64,000 nucleotides of DNA, taken from contig JAPYYK010000045.1 in the NCBI GenBank assembly GCA_028534125.1, positions 248,001-312,000 on the forward strand, read 5' to 3'. Below, one piece after another: positions 12,838 to 27,393 of this stretch; the first letter of the stretch is position 1, and the number at the start of each line of letters is the position of its first letter. A model generated the notes under the pieces. It searched no databases. It saw only the letters and a list, made by a program, of their open reading frames with translations, and was not told the origin of the DNA. Origin of the DNA: Lama glama (Eukaryota). Made by a program: the position numbers and the translations under genes.

Positions 12838-15800
12838 CTGGACAGCCGCCAAGGGCAGAGATTCACTTTCCACTCAGAGTCTGAGTTGGGGCTGCCACTT
12901 GCAGGCGGAGAAGATGGCCTGCCTGCTTGTGGAGACAAAGTGGCCTCCAGGGACAAAGCCCACCAGCCCGCAGTGCCCAACGCCTCAGCTGGCTTCTCAG
13001 GGCACTTCTCCAATCGTGAGAACAGGGTTTTCGGAGGTTTTCAACGTTTGGAGCCCTTACGTCCCAAAGCCCAGACAGACACATCAGTCAAGCACCTTCA
13101 GGGCTCTGACGTCTGGATTCCCGCTCATGGTGGAGCCCCTGCCAGAGAGGAGGAGGCTCCCCGAACCTGAGCCCGGCGCAGCTCTGGGTGCGCAGCTTGG
13201 CAGAGGTTTACAAAAGGCCAGGTCAGGGGTCAGGATTGGGGGAGAGAAGGGTCAGAAATGAGGGAGAAACAGAGGCCGTGCACAGGGGAGCCACCGGCTG
13301 GGGGAATGGTCACCCACAGGGAAATCCAGAGTTAAAAAGACAGGAATTGATCTGCTTGGTGTTGGAGGAGCCTGGATTTGGCCTTGAAACGTCTTGAGTT
13401 TAGCGCTCTGCACTGGGCATGGCCGCCCGCCCAGATCTCTGGTCTGAGGCTCTGAGCCGATGGGCTGACCACGTCACTGGGCTCGTGGGAGCTTCCCGCC
13501 CTCCTTCCCCATGGGTGTCGGTGTCTCTGCCTGTAAGTCCTCCCAGCATACTTTCCCTCTAGTCGTCCTGACGTCTTCTTTGTTCTTATGACCAATATTA
13601 TGAAACCAAATCCAGGGAAACGATCGGCTATTCGGGGGCTGGTTTGAAGAACACAGGTTGAAAAAGTTTATAAAGGGTCCTGATCCACCCGGATGTGAGA
13701 CACTTCCTAGGCAGCTGACCAGCTCCACCACAAACCACGGTCACACCGTGTCCAAGAGGCCGACCACCTCAGCCACCGCCCTGCTCTGCTCCTGGGAGGG
13801 CCGTGCGGCGGTCCCACCGCTGGCAGGCAGGTGAGGACGGGGCTGGGGGCTGCCCCCACTTCCTGAGTCTACTTCTCGGCAGCACCGACACTAGCAAACT
13901 CCTGTAGGTTCCGGGTGTTTCCACAAGCGCTGTCTCAAAGGCTGAGTGAGCGCTTCCACCTCGCAGACAAGGAACAAGCCCCGGGGGCCAGATGCCATGT
14001 CTGAGACCCACAGCCAGCGGGAGGGAGTGCAACACAAGGGCCAGAGAAGTGAGCTCTGAGTGACGGGGGAGGGCCTCAAAGGGCCTGGAAAGACCCACCA
14101 GTGCAGACCCTCCAGGAAGGTGTGAGACACCCACAAGAACACGTCGGAAACAGAGGGTCAGAGACAAATTCTCCAGGAAGTTAAATCCCGGCTCCTTCTT
14201 TTGCTCACGATTCTTCTGTTACTTAGCTCTTCTCCCACTTCTCCTCTCTTACTCAGAAGAGGACGCCCCTGAGAACATGGGCTCTGTCTTACCCTGGTGA
14301 AGACAGAGGTGACCGGGCCCGTGCCCGTGGGTGCACCGAGCTCCGGTCCTACGGCAGCCACGCGCTGCCAGGACCCCCGCGCCGGAGACTGAGACAACCC
14401 ACATCTTCCTTCCGGCCTGACTTCCCAACCCGGGCACACCACGCTCACAACTCAGACGACCGGCGTGGAGGAGCGTCGGGGGACAGGCAGGAAGAGCGAC
14501 CTGCTCCTTTGCTTTCCCAGCTGAGCGTCCAGACCCTCTTTCCCAAGTTAAGGTTAGTAACCAAAGAGTCCACAGAGGACCTCTCAGCCCCAGACCTCCA
14601 CAGGGTGAGCTACGCAAACAGCCACCTGCTTGGAAAATAATTTACTTCAGACAGGATTCATGTTTTACTTCTCGGCAAGACAGAGAAAAAGAGTTTATAA
14701 ACTTCAGGTTACTTGTTATAACTAAACAGAGAACCCCAGGTAGTCAGTGTAACAGACTCTCCAGCAAACTAAGAACCGCTGTGTGCAGGAACCACCGTGT
14801 TGACCTGCCCCTGGGATGAAGTGCATCACCCGTGCCAGGAGCAAGCCGGTCGGTCCTGTGTGACCCCAGCTGCAGGCCTTCCTGACTCAGCTCTCCCGGG
14901 GTCGCCCTCCAGGGCAGACTTCTTAGCAGAGGAAGCTAACAAGCAACTTGAGTAATTTCTAGTTCCTCCTCCTCTATTTTAAACCAGGAAAATTAAACGT
15001 TATGGCCTAAGAGTGATCTGTTTGGTAAAGTGTCCCCCGTGAGGACTCCCAGAGCAGCCAGGCCAACACACGCTGCACACAGAGGAGGCCGGGTGGCCGG
15101 GCTGGAACCCTGCCGGCCTCGCTGACCGGTCAGGCTCTCCTCCCTGAGTCTCGCCTCAGCGGCGGGGAGGAGATGCCACCCCGCAGTCCCACTGTGTGTG
15201 TGTTCAAGGCTAGTTCATCTCCCATGCTGGGCGCGAGGCACGCGTCCCGGGCAGCTGCCTCCACTGAAGCGCTGGGCACACAGCTGCATCAGAGCAGAGA
15301 GCCGGGACTGTGGTGACGCAAACCTGGTCAGGGACACGGCTCCTGGACGATGCCAAGGTCTCCATCCCAGATGCCGAGGGGAGAACCCGGCTTGCCCCGC
15401 CCTCCGGTCCTCCTCTTGTCTGAGAAGAGGGCACGGCCACGAGCAGTGGCGGCTCGTCTCACTGGGGCGGGAGGCAGGCAGGGAAAGTGGGCCAAAAACT
15501 GAAGACGTAGGAGTGAATGTGAGTGTGAATGCGCCAGGACATGCACGGGGGGGGGGGGGCCTGGGAGGAGCACCACCGGGAGAACAGCCCCACGTCAGGG
15601 GCCCCCACTCAGGCAACCAGACGCCCTGAAGGGGCCCCGCGAGTCCTGTGTGGTCTGCGGCCTGCGTGGAGATGCCCTGAAGGTCGCCGAGGGCTTTCAC
15701 TAGAGGGACCAGCACAGCCCTACTGTCACCTCAGGAAAGGCGCACCTGGAATTCCAACTCCTCTGTCCCTAAATTCCCAGGAAAGCGACAGCTCCAGATG

Positions 15801-18800
15801 CGCAGCGTCATCACCACGGGAAGCGGGGGCTGTGGTGCCTCGCTCTTCAGTCTGTGTGCACGCCGCCCAAACGCGCCGTAACCACGACGTCCAGAGACGC
15901 ATTCCAGCTGCTCTGCTTGCTGCGTGAACCACCTGACAGACGACCAGCCTGGAGAAGGGGTCCCGATGCTCACGTGCTTAAAACAAACATGCCTAACACC
16001 TGCACCTAGTGAAGACTGAGGAGGCAAAGACGGGAGAGTTTATGAGGAAGGAGAGAACGCAGAGGCAGGGGGAGCAACAGATGGTGCACAGCCAAACTGG
16101 TTCTCCTCATTTCTGAGGGCAGAGCACACACCTGCAGACGTGCACACACACCTACAGAACTGTGCGCCAAGTAGCACGACTGCCGAGAACAACCCTCACA
16201 GTCCTGTCAGACTGTGAAACCAGAAGGCTTTGTTTTCTTATGCTACATACAAGCTCTTGGAACTGGCTGCTTTCAAAAGTAGAAAGGTCTGTGAGCGCCT
16301 TCTCAGCTCAAGGGTCCCCATCGGCACCTCTCAAGCTCTTCCGGAGCAGAAAACAACATTGACTGCAGAACAAAACTCGGGAATGCTTCCGGCTAAGAGG
16401 ACCGGGAAAGGGCCTCCCCATCAGCCCTCGTGAGGGCCGGAGTGGAGCCGGGGCTGCGAGACGGCCGAGCTTGCGAACAATCGCTCTGTGACTTCAGCCG
16501 GAGCGCAAGACATGGGATCCTCTGAGGGCCCGGACCTGAACCGCAACCCCCTCGCAGTCTGCTTTGGGGCATGCCGCAGGTCCCGCACCACTGCCCGTCT
16601 CCTCAGACACAGCAGGGTGGGGACATGCCTTTTGGAAGGTGAGCCTGGCTTCCAACCACAAGGTCCTCAAGACCCCAGGGGCACTGCTGAAGTCTGGTGC
16701 ACGCTACCAGTTTTTCAGGAATTCTGTGGCTGCTTCCCACATATTAATGTTTTTTGGCAGCTTCGTTAATAAATTTGAGCAGCCACAATACCTGGTGTTT
16801 TAGTTCACAGACCCAGCTTCAAAGGCGGTCCCACAACACGGCTTGAATTGGAAGGCATGGGGCACCCAGACGGCTGCGTGTGTGGACAGAGGTGCGGGCG
16901 GCGTCCACGTGAGGCTCCACATGGCAGAAATGGCGACGGTCGAGGAGGGGTTGCCCTCGTGCAAAAGCCTTCACTTCACGTCCGATCCCGTGCACTCTGA
17001 GAGTCTGTGCTGCCACGGCACAGAAACGATCATGCGAGCAACGGGCTCAGTAGAGAGTCCGGAAGACAAAGAAGGGCAGGAAAGTGCTGTCCGCACGCCG
17101 CCCCTCGTCTCCACCCCCCCAGCAGAGCCAGAGCCGAGACTGGGCTCAGCGGTGACGGTGCCATCCACCCAGGACGTCGCTCGACCCTGGATCCCATGCT
17201 GCCAGCTCTTCAGAGGAAACAGCCCCGAGTGGCCGGCGGCCCAGGAGAGTCGAAGCCAGTGGTGACTGCAGCCTCTGCTGCTGGGGTCCAGTTACTGAAC
17301 TGCCGCCAGAAGGCTGGACCTCCAGGAGGTCTCGAATGAGGGGACCATTCAGACCGCCACACGGATGGTGCCGCCCACAGCAGGTGCACTAGCGTTTCCC
17401 GAATGACTTGCATTCACGGAGCTTCACGCAGAACACACCTGGTGACGGCATTTCTGTAGGGAAGCCTTTTCCCCTCTTTTTTATATTTAGGACTGTTTCC
17501 TAGAGATAGACTTCCAAAAAGGCCAACTTAAGGCTTTTGATGGTTGACCCATTTCACTGTCCTCTCAGCTAAACTGGCCACAATCTTCCCAAATCTGTCT
17601 GCTTTGGGTGGTGAAAAAAATCCTATTTCATTATTGTCCTTTACAGCTTTGAATACCAGTGAGGCGACGTACCCCTCCTTCTATCTGTCAACTACTCCAT
17701 TTTAAAATAGGTTCCTAATAATCCTTACTACCTAAATCAAATTTATCCCTTTAAGCTCAGGTTGCAGTTAAAAGCCCCAACATTTTTAGAAAGTAAGTTC
17801 TGGAAGACACCTTCTTGAAGGAGCTACCCTAGATGCCCAGCAGGGAGCGGCGTGTCCGCTGCGATGTGCTGTCACTGAGGGTGGAGCTGGGGTCACCACT
17901 CCCAGTTTCCGCTCCTTCCTCAGCCCCACCGGCTGCACGACTGCGCTGTCTGCGCTGGTCTTCTGGGGTGATGCTGAGACTGAGGGCAGGCAGAGCTGCC
18001 TTGAGGAAGCCATTCAGTTGAGCCCAGAACCTCTCAAGGCTGTTTCCTATAAAGCCTCCTTAGTTTTCATACTAAGACAGTCTTGGGTGGCTGAGTCAGG
18101 CCCTCTCTCTGAAAGCATCCTGCAAATGAGAAGCTAAACACACAGAGGAAACGGGGGTCTGGACACCGCCGGCTGAGGGCCTGACAGTGACAGGCGGCCA
18201 CACCTCCCCGGCTGGCCCTGCAGCGACCTCTCCCTGGTGACTGGCGGGACGTGTGGCACGGGCTCCGCAGGGCGGACCTTGTGCTTCTCGCTCCTTTGGA
18301 AGGTCCCGCAGGAGCCACAGCGAGGGCAGGCAGGCCTGGCGGGTGGGCGAGGGACGCACAAGCCTGGGTGTCACCACGGCCTCCTGACGGCACAACGGCG
18401 AGACCTGTCTGACCCCTGCAAACCACGGAGCTCGGCCCACAAAGCAGACGCTACTGACTAGACGCTCTCAGCCCCCGTGGGCATCCTGATCACAAAGTGC
18501 AGTCGGCAGGGAGCGAGGTCAGCACCACCCCGACCCGGCCCCCCACCTCCTGAGCACCCCCGCGAGCCGGGCGACGTCCCTGTCCTCCAGGGTGCTGTCC
18601 GCGTAGGGGGCGGCGCAGGGAGCTCCTGGCACCTACTCCCTCCCTACTCTCCTGGTGGCGGGGCTCCCGTGTCCTGCAGGCACCCACCCCACCAGCCCTG
18701 CTACCAGCACTCGCCAGGACCCTCCCAATGGTGTGAAGGCACCATCGTCCCTCCTCGAGGTCACAGAGGACGCAGCAGTGCAGAGGCTCCTGATTTAGGG

Positions 18801-19289
18801 TCGTGACCACCACACTCCACGACCCAACTCAGGACCACCCATCCCCGGCTACAGAGGCTGGTTCAGGGAAGCTCACCCAATCCAGCGAGGGCATTGGACA
18901 CGCAGTCACCAGGACAGAGGGTGCCTCGTCTCCGTGGTCTGCACGAAGGAGATGGCACAGTTGGGATGGCAGCTTCTGCCTCCGGGCGGCGCTGGGCTGG
19001 GGCCACCACGCAGACTCCGAGGTACACGAGCCTTTTCCTTGAACTGCATGACATTGACTTCTGTCACCAGGAGACGCTCAGCAGGGTGACCACAATCCCT
19101 AAGGCTGGTCCCGGTGAGGACAGGGTCATGCACCCTGCAAACAGGTGACTTCCCTGACCACCAACTGCCAGCAGATACTAAGGAATCAGGAACTGGAAAA
19201 ATGCTCACTTACTAAAGAAGTGCTCGAATGGGGAAAAGCAGGTGTTTGAGTCATGCTGACACCAGCAGACACTTTCTGAGTCTGTAACC

Positions 19290-19465
19290 TGGAGCAGAGG
19301 CTTCACCAGCCAGCTTCCGTGAATAAAGTTTTACTGGAACAAGGCACTCCCAGTACGACACACTGTTCACGCAGCAGTGGAGCTGAGTAGTGGTGATGGA
19401 CGGCGTGGCCCAGAGCAGAAGCTACTTAGCACCAGGCCCCTGACGTGGGAAGTCTGCCGAGTCCT
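19290..19465. mobile_element. MER58A-like hAT MITE
   Basis: GAATAAAGTTTTACTGGAACA...GAGCTGAGTAGT...GTGGCCC...GTCTGCCGAGTCCTG resembles MER58A. Confidence 0.55.
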
Positions 19466-19950
19466 GGCCTCTGGGTTACGTGCCACTATGAAGACCGGAC
19501 CGGCCTGCACCACCGCCCCAGCCCGTGCTGCTGGAGAACTGGCGTAATGCCTGCCCTCTCGAGGGATCAGACAGGGCGCTGACTGTCCACAGCCTGCAAG
19601 GGGCCTCGCTGGACACAGGAGAAACGCAAGCCTTGGCACTTGTCAGCACAGACAGTCCCGTGACCTACCCATCTGGCCGAACCCTTCCCAAAGCCCCCAG
19701 CCCGCAGGTAAAGCACCATCGTGAAGCACAGAATGTTTCATTTGGTTACGTGACACCCAAACATGTTATTTCCCTCTTAAAATGCTTCTATGACCTGCAA
19801 AAGCCTCAGAAACAGAAGCAGAGCTGTGGCTCCAAGACCGCACTTAGAGTTTTAGTCTGAGCTGTAAGTTTGCTAAAGGGCTGAGTGTCCCTTCTTCCTG
19901 CCCAGGAGTCAGGGCCGTCGGTGTGCTTCCCGGTATAAGAAAACAGTTCA

Positions 19951-20075
19951 GGGGGAGGGTACAGCTCAGGGGCAGAGTGCGTGCCTGGTACGCACCAGGT
20001 CCTGGGTTCGGTCCCCAGCACCTCCTCTAGTAAATAAATAAATGAATAAACCTAATTACCACCCCCCCCAAAAGA
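19951..20075 (+). mobile_element. tRNA-derived SINE, Vic-1-like (camelid)
   Basis: GGGGGAGGGTACAGCTCAGGGGCAGAG (A box), GGTCCTGGGTTCGGTCCCCAG (B box), a TAAA-repeat tail and a degenerate AAGAAAA(CA)GTT target-site duplication. Confidence 0.8.
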
Positions 20076-22314
20076 AAAGTTTAAAACCTGGGGAAGCAGG
20101 TACTGCAGAGGCGCCCGTGTCGGCATCTAGGGGCTGCACGGGAACCCACCTGGACATAATGTCACGGCTTCCTGATTAGAGAAACCCGTGTCTGTAAGTG
20201 GCTGCTACCTGACTCCTGACCCTGCGGAGGAACGTGGACATGGAGGGAGGAGATGGGGACGGGTCACTTGCCCAATCCCCGACAGCCCAGGACAGCGATG
20301 ACCGTCAGTGCCCCCGCCCCCGTCCTGTGGGCAGGCCTGCAGACAAACCCCACGCTGACGCGGCACCTCAGGCCTGGGGCTGGAAGGCGGACATCAGGGT
20401 GGAGGCGCTCTGGCCATGCCGCCCACGGAGAAAGGAAGACCGCAGTGACCACGGGAGTGCTCGGACCCCACTGAGGGGAGCTAGCCTCCCGGAGGCTGCA
20501 GAGTCCCAGCACAGGACCACTCCCATCAGAGAGCTGAAGCCAGCACTCAGAAGACCCTCCCAGCGCGTCCACGTCGGTGGCGTGTGGACCTGGGGACGCC
20601 CAGCTGGGCAGGACCCTGCTCTTGAGAAAGTCGTCAGCTGTTCTTGAAAAGCACAACTTGGGAAAACCACCAGCAGAAGGCTCAGCAGGATTTCAGCACC
20701 TTCTTGTGCGTGAAGGACGCGGACAATTCTCCCTGCTCTTTAAAGGGGTACGAAGCCCCCGTTGTGACAAGTGTTTTCTGAGACGCCCACCCCAACTGGA
20801 AACGAAGCTCTTACATGAAGTACTCAGCTAAATTTATGCAGAAACAACACTAAAACATGAAGGGGAAACGGAGGGGGAGTGATTCACGAGGAGACAAGTA
20901 TTCCAACGTGTGAAGTTCTGGTCCAGCAACATGAGCAGGCACGACGGAGGAGTCGGGGCTTGACTGGTCAGCAATGCCCAAAAGGCGGAAGCCAGACGTG
21001 GCCCTGGGGGACACGCCGGCTCACGAGGTAGCTACGCAGGGACGGGCACCACTGCGTCACCGCTTCTCCTCCGTTTGCGCGGTGGTTGGATTTTTGGAGC
21101 CACCACTGCCAGAAACTGAGTTTATACAAAAAATCAACTCTTGATTTTGGACTCAGGCCACAGAAAGGTTCCTTCTACGACCACTCAGGGAGACGAGGCC
21201 CAGAGGCTGCAGGACGGTGCGTCACGGGGGGTGCGCCCACAGAGTGCACGCACACCATCCCCGTCGCCGCGGCCCCTGAAAGCACCACCCCCCGAAATGC
21301 TCCTCTTACTCTCCCATACTTCACGCGCTTCCTAAAGCATAACGCGCTACCTCTGTAATCATAAAAAACAAGCTCCAGCAGTTTCGAGCTCACCGGTGTC
21401 CCTCCCACAGAGTCACAGGGTCACAGGCCACTCGCACAAACTGACACCTAGAGGGCAGTCAGAGGCAGAAGGAAGAAACCGGGGTTTAAAAAGAGGTCAA
21501 GAGGTTAACTACCCTACCTTTGGTAGCTGACAAACTTCCCACATCTTTAAATAAGACGTTCAACCCAAGTCCAAACAGATACTCTAAGATCAACTTATTC
21601 TATCTTAAAAAAGATTTCTGACTAAAGCAGAATTCACTGATGTAATGGGACAGTGAGTCCAAAAATTACAGGGTCTCTAAGGAATACACGCGAGCTTTGA
21701 TTACTGAGATTTGCTTGGCAACGGCACGATCTAAAATTAATAGAGTCCTTAAAAGGAAGATGCCAAAAGCAACTTTGTTCTCAGATAGTTTATACAGCTT
21801 GGCCAGAGCAAGGCACAAGAATGACCCAAATATAGAAAACTCAGCATCGCCACATCCTAGGAACCACAGCCGCAAAGCAAGCACAGACATGCAGAGAGGA
21901 GAGACGCGCCAGTGCGCCTGGGGTCTCCGTGTCGGGGGCAGACCCTCCCGGGTCTGGGCAGAGGCAGCTTTCCAGTCCTCCTGTCCCCACCTCCTCCCCA
22001 GACGGCCACCGCTCTGGGGGCTCACGACAGCCCACCCAGTGAACCCGCCCTCCTTTCGTCCTCTGAGCATTATCGTCAAATTTCCCAGACCTCTCAGAAC
22101 CCTCTCACTCTGGGGACAAGCTAAGCCTCTTCTTCTGGCGAAAGATAAAAAAGCTGAGGGAGAAAATCTGCATTATCTTTTCACTCTTTTAAAAGGAGAA
22201 GAAGCTCACTTAAAAAAAAAGAAAAGATTATGATTGTTTACGGTGTTTTGTGAACAATGTTCCTTCTCTACACGAACAACCAGTTCTGACAGCTCACCTA
22301 CCGTGCCTGCAAAG

Positions 22315-22370
22315 TGAGTCAAAGGCTCTCCACACGCAGGCTGGGCCGGGACATACCTTACCATATTAGG
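22315..22370. promoter_or_regulatory. AP-1 motif (TGAGTCA, 22315-22321) plus CArG box CCATATTAGG (22361-22370)
   Basis: The CArG is identical to the c-fos SRE core; the mirror copy lies at 61264-61319. Confidence 0.45.
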
Positions 22371-25300
22371 CCATCGGGCCCCAGAGAGAAGGGAGCACAA
22401 ACCTCCAAGGATTTTACCTAAATGGAGAGTCAAGGACGCCCAGTGGGCGCAGATGGACAGAAGCCCCTGGAGGCCTCCCAGAGAGAGGGAACTTCAGGAG
22501 ATCAGTGACCAGATTAACAATGCGGCAGGAGGGAGCAGGACCCGCCGACGACCAGAGGCAAAGCTGTGGACAATCAGAGCAAAGAGGAAACAGGGCCACT
22601 GCTTACCCAGAGCAGGTGGGGTCGGGGAGGAGGGGGCAGCAAAGAGCCGTGGAGTGAGCCACTGGGAACACCAGGCCTAAAGCGGGAAGCCTGGGGGACG
22701 CGGCCTGCTCCTGCCCGCCCGGCTCCGCACACACCAGGCGCTAAGTTCGGGCGCCTTGCCTTCCTGCCCCGGCAGCCCTCAGCACTTGTCTCAGAGCCCC
22801 GAGCCACTGCCATCCTCTGGGTGACTTAACTTCAAACCCACAAGATGCGATTCCACGGCCAGCGCTCACCCTCGCCCCCATTCAGAAACGACCTGAAACC
22901 CCCGTCCTACAGACCAGGAGAGGGGTGCACCTCCTCCAGAGAGCTCAGGGCCGCTGGGGAGTGCCCGGGGTCTGGTCCCGGGTCACCCCAGAGGGTCACG
23001 GAAGAGGCACGACAGACGGAGAGGCCCTGGTGACCGCGGGCTGCAGGGCAGCCACAGCCACAGCCGGGAGCGCGTCTCCCTGGGCCTCAGCTGGTCTCTA
23101 AAATGAGAAGCTCAGAGTTGTTTCAGTTCCGAAACCCCACGTCCCAACTGCCACTGTGGCCAACTCTGGGTCCTCAGGCCTCCCTGCCTCCACGTGCTCC
23201 CTGGGGGACCCGTCCTGGCTCCCGGCTGGGGCTGGGTTGGCTGCTGTGTGGTTGGCCCTCACCTCTCACCTTGACCCCGCCCTCCTCCTGGACACCACTC
23301 AGATACGTGAAGCAGCGCTGCGAGAGCCAGACCCAAATGCCTGTTTTCCCCACCACACCTGGCCCTCCCAGTCTTCTGCACCTCAGCAAATGAAAACGCC
23401 AACCTCCCAGCTGCCTCAGCTGGAAGGCCAGGTGAGCCTCACCTCACACCCAGTCCAGACACCCTCCCGGTTCCCACCTCAAACCCGTCCAGGACGCGGA
23501 GACATCTCAGCACCTTCCCAGGCGTGGCCACCCTGGCCTGCAGCACCCCATCAGCTCTCCCTGGACCACCTGGACCCCTCACAGTGTGTCTCAGAGCAGC
23601 GGGTAAGGGCCCTTCAGGGTTAAGTACCACCCTGTCTCCTCTGTCCGGAGCTCGACACGTGTCTCCCACGCTCTCAGGACACCAGCCGGAGCCCTCACGC
23701 CCACTGCCGGCATGCTAGCCACTCGTGGTCCCCAGGCACGTCACCTCACAGCCGGGCCAGCGCTGCCCCTCTGCCCACAGCGCTCCGCCCACACACACCC
23801 GCCAGGCCCCCAGCGCACGTGCTCCCAGTCCAGGCTCCAGGGACACCCTCTCACAGGCCTCTCCTGACCCCCACAGGACGCCCCCTACAGGCCCTCACCT
23901 TTCCAGCTGCCAGTGACCCAGCACGTTCCTTCCATCGCTCACCCTCTTCACCATAACCTAACTCGACAAGGGTGGGCTGTGTCAGTGTGACGACACAGGG
24001 TCTGGAAAGCAGGCAGCTCAAAGCACTGGTTCAACAACCACAAGTGGGAAGCAGGTTGTAAAAGAGGCAGCACAGGTGGGAAACACCTCGAGGGCCTCCC
24101 ACACCGAGGCCAGCAGGGGGCGCCACCCGCCCACCCACGGAGTCCGGACGCCCTCAGAAGTTGCCGTTCCAGACGACCTTCCCTTACTCAAGCAGGTGAG
24201 ATGCCACAAGCAAGTCAACTCAGACAGGTAACCGGCTCAGTAAAAACCAGATGGCAGAGGGGGCGGAGGAGGCGTGCCAGCCCCAAGCAGGCCACCCGGA
24301 GGCCCTGGACGCGGCAGGGCCCACCTGGGAGCTTCATGTCCCCACGTGTCCCAGCCCCCCGGGCCACAGCTCTCTTACCTGTGAAAGGAGCTTCGTAACC
24401 CGGGTCATCTCTAAATTCCCTCCCAATTCTAAGACACCCAAATTTAGGAGGCGAGCCACCGTACAGCACCGAACTGGAGACCTCAGTGACTCCCTTGAAC
24501 ACAAGCTGCAGCCCTCTGTTCGCCAGCATCGCCCGTGCTGCCTCTCGGGGTAAATTCAATTACCCAGCAGCTGGCCTGGGACACGGTCTGCCTGGAGAAG
24601 CACGTGGGGGAAACGCCGAAGGCAGCAGGTAACACTCAGGGCCGACCAAAAGGAAAGCAGGCCAAAGACGCAGGTAAAGAAGATGAACAGAACAGAAGGC
24701 CGCCCGCGTGCAGGGCGCCCACAACGCACCTCAGAGCAAACAGCCTGCCACGTGCGCACAAAGGGAACAGAGCACTTGTGACTGCGGTGACCCCCTTCCT
24801 CCACTAGAGGAACTGTTCCACTCAGCAAGACAAGGGCTGCAGTAAGACGCCTGGAGACTGTCAGACAGCAACACGGGCAAACAGACAGGCCCTCTTTGGA
24901 CAGGTCTGCAAGGGGGTGCCGAGAAACCAGACACACACGCTCGGTCTCCCGGCTCGTGGGTCCCCGCGCGCCGGGTTCACACGCGGAGTGTCGGGCCCAA
25001 GCGCTCAATCACGCCTCGGAAACGCCTGTGGCTCTGCCCTCCACCACGCTGCCCACCAGGCGTCAGGGCCGCTCCGGCCACACATCTCGCCCGTGGGTGA
25101 TCGCCAGCTGCGTCTCACCAGCCCAGGCACAAAAGACACAAGAGCTCGGTGACGCCAACGGGGGTTCAGGCTAAACAGCAGGACGGTCCTCCTGACCACG
25201 CTGCTGTCCCTAACACACAGGTGAGAGCCTCAAGAATCTTCCTGTGAGATCTTTGAGGGAAAAACCATTTTCGTTCCGACCTTGACTGGAGACACAAGAC

Positions 25301-25714
25301 ACTGAAGTTCCTTTTCTGCCCTTAAAGTGAGACAGTGTCCCAGACCGAGCCCATGCACGCGGTGTACTAACTCGCGGGCAGGGGTCAGAGATGGTGGTCT
25401 GCGGGTGGTCACACCAGTGTGTACGACTGTCAGAACTCATCAAACGGTGCACATAAGGTCTGTGCAGACACCGACTGGAAACAGTCTCTCAACTGAAAAA
25501 AACATGCCAGAGACGTGGGCAGAGCTAACTTCAACAATGAGAGTGCACCACCTCCAGGGGCAGGCTAAGAGAGGCGGGAGCTGCCGTGACCCGGGCAGCT
25601 GACACAGGCATCCTGCGCCAGACCCGGGGGAGACGGCTGTGCTCCCCGACCGGCAGAGCGGCCTGCCTGGCGGCTCCTCTAGGTCACTGCGGGGGCACAG
25701 GGACGTGGAGGAGA

Positions 25715-25758
25715 AGCCTGGTCCCAGCCTGGTCCCAGCCTGGTCCCAGTCCCTGGTC
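25715..25758. repeat. 11-bp tandem repeat (AGCCTGGTCCC)x3+; mirror copy at 57876-57919
   Basis: Read directly from the sequence. Confidence 0.85.
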
Positions 25759-27351
25759 GGCTGCAGGCAGAGGTGCGGTGACTCGCCGGGACAGGCCTGC
25801 TGCTCTGTGGGCCACGGCAAGGGCACCATGGCGGGCCAGCACGCATCCAGGGAGGAGAGCTGGGGAGAGTTCCACTGACATTGACCAGGGAAGCCTCGCC
25901 CCAGCCCCGGCCCCGTGCTGACCCGGCCAGTCTGTCCTGAGCCACATGGGTGGCTGGGCCTAGTGCCCAGAGCTGCTGGCAACGGTGGGCTGCTCACTCT
26001 CACAGCTCGCCTAGGAGTCCACGTGCCACACGGTAAAAACTAGCAAAGGCCTCGAGCCACAGGATGAGTGCGATATGTTCAGTCTGACTTTATGTCAAAC
26101 ATCGACAGTCTACGTTTCCAGAAATCAGAAATCTTTTTCTATGACTTTAAGTCAACAGTCCTAAAATGTAAGCAGGAAGCCTGGCCCCGTGAGCACTTCA
26201 GCTTCCTCCCGTGGTGCCCGGGGTGTGGGCTCTCCATCAGGTGGAGGCCAGCAGAGACCCCGGACAACCACCAGGCCTTCCTCGCTGTTCCTCCCATGGT
26301 TCTCTTTATGGATCGAAACAGCCCCACAGCCCCTGTGGGGGACGGTCCACTTCCACCTCTGTAATCATGACTGAGATGCTCTCTGCAGGTCTTTCCCACT
26401 CCCCACTACTTTCCTACATTCACTCTTTCGGTCTCTCACCGCCTCTCTAAGCTTGAGGGCTGAAGACGCCGTGCCTGCCCAGGGAGCCCCACGTGGCACC
26501 TGCACCTGCAAGCAGCCCCCGCCTCCACCACCCAGCTCGCCGCGCACCACCACGGGCCTGCGGGCCGGAGGCCACCGCTGACAGCTCTGGATCTGGACTA
26601 GGACACGGGCAGGTCAGCGACAAAACAGGGCATTACTATTTCCTCTGCTGAAAACGGACTAGTTGCTGATTTTTCCGTACGGGTCATTAAATCCATTCTG
26701 AGAGCATTAGGTCATGTGACGGCAGGGAACAGAAAAGGCCATCTTTTTACATAATTTCCAAAGAAATGCACATGTAGCCTCAACTCATTTAGTCAGGACC
26801 AACCCCTTCCTTCCTGAAAAGCGGCAGCAATAAGAAAACCACTGACTTTCCATCACACGTGAGTGGCTCACGAGAGCCCAGGCATCCGGGCAGCCAGCCG
26901 TCTGCCGCGGGGGAGCTGCGGGCCAGCCTTAGGCGTCCGAGTCCCGTAAGAGCTCTGCCTCACTTGAAAGTCAGAGACCAGCAAGCTGTGGACGGTGTGA
27001 TGCTCACACTGCTCACTCCCGCGCAGAGGACGAAGACACTCGTGACTGGGCCAGGGCTTGGCAGCAGGAAGCTTGGTCAAGAGCCTGCCATTGTTACACC
27101 GTTTAAGAACACAGGACGCCCGAAACTTCTGAAGACGGTAAAGCGCTACAGAATTTGAAGACTCTTCCAACGAAAAAAGAACAGAAGAAGAAAGCGGTAC
27201 ACCACCCAGCACTTGGCACATCTCAGAGGAAGTCTGCCTCCAAACTCCCCTTGGGCCAGACCCGCACAGAGCCTGCTCTCCCTGCGACGAAACCTGCGTG
27301 CACACGAGCAGGGCTGAGGCCTCGAGGGACACTCCCAGGCCTGCGACTTAC

Positions 27352-27393
27352 CCACATCTCCTTCACATCGTCAGAGACATCGGCTCCGTCCCC
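27352..27393 (-). CDS. PPP1R12B: PPP1R12B exon 18 (left copy), GDGADVSDDVKEMW
   Basis: 42 nt; polypyrimidine-CAG acceptor and GTAAGT donor; similar to human EDETDGSEEVKETW. Confidence 0.92.

Noticed and set aside
15547-15559. G13 homopolymer
   Set aside because: An isolated simple run with no supporting context.
19951-20030. Possible tRNA genes (also at 40154 and the mirror copies)
   Set aside because: A-rich tails, TSDs and degenerate stems show these are tRNA-derived SINEs.
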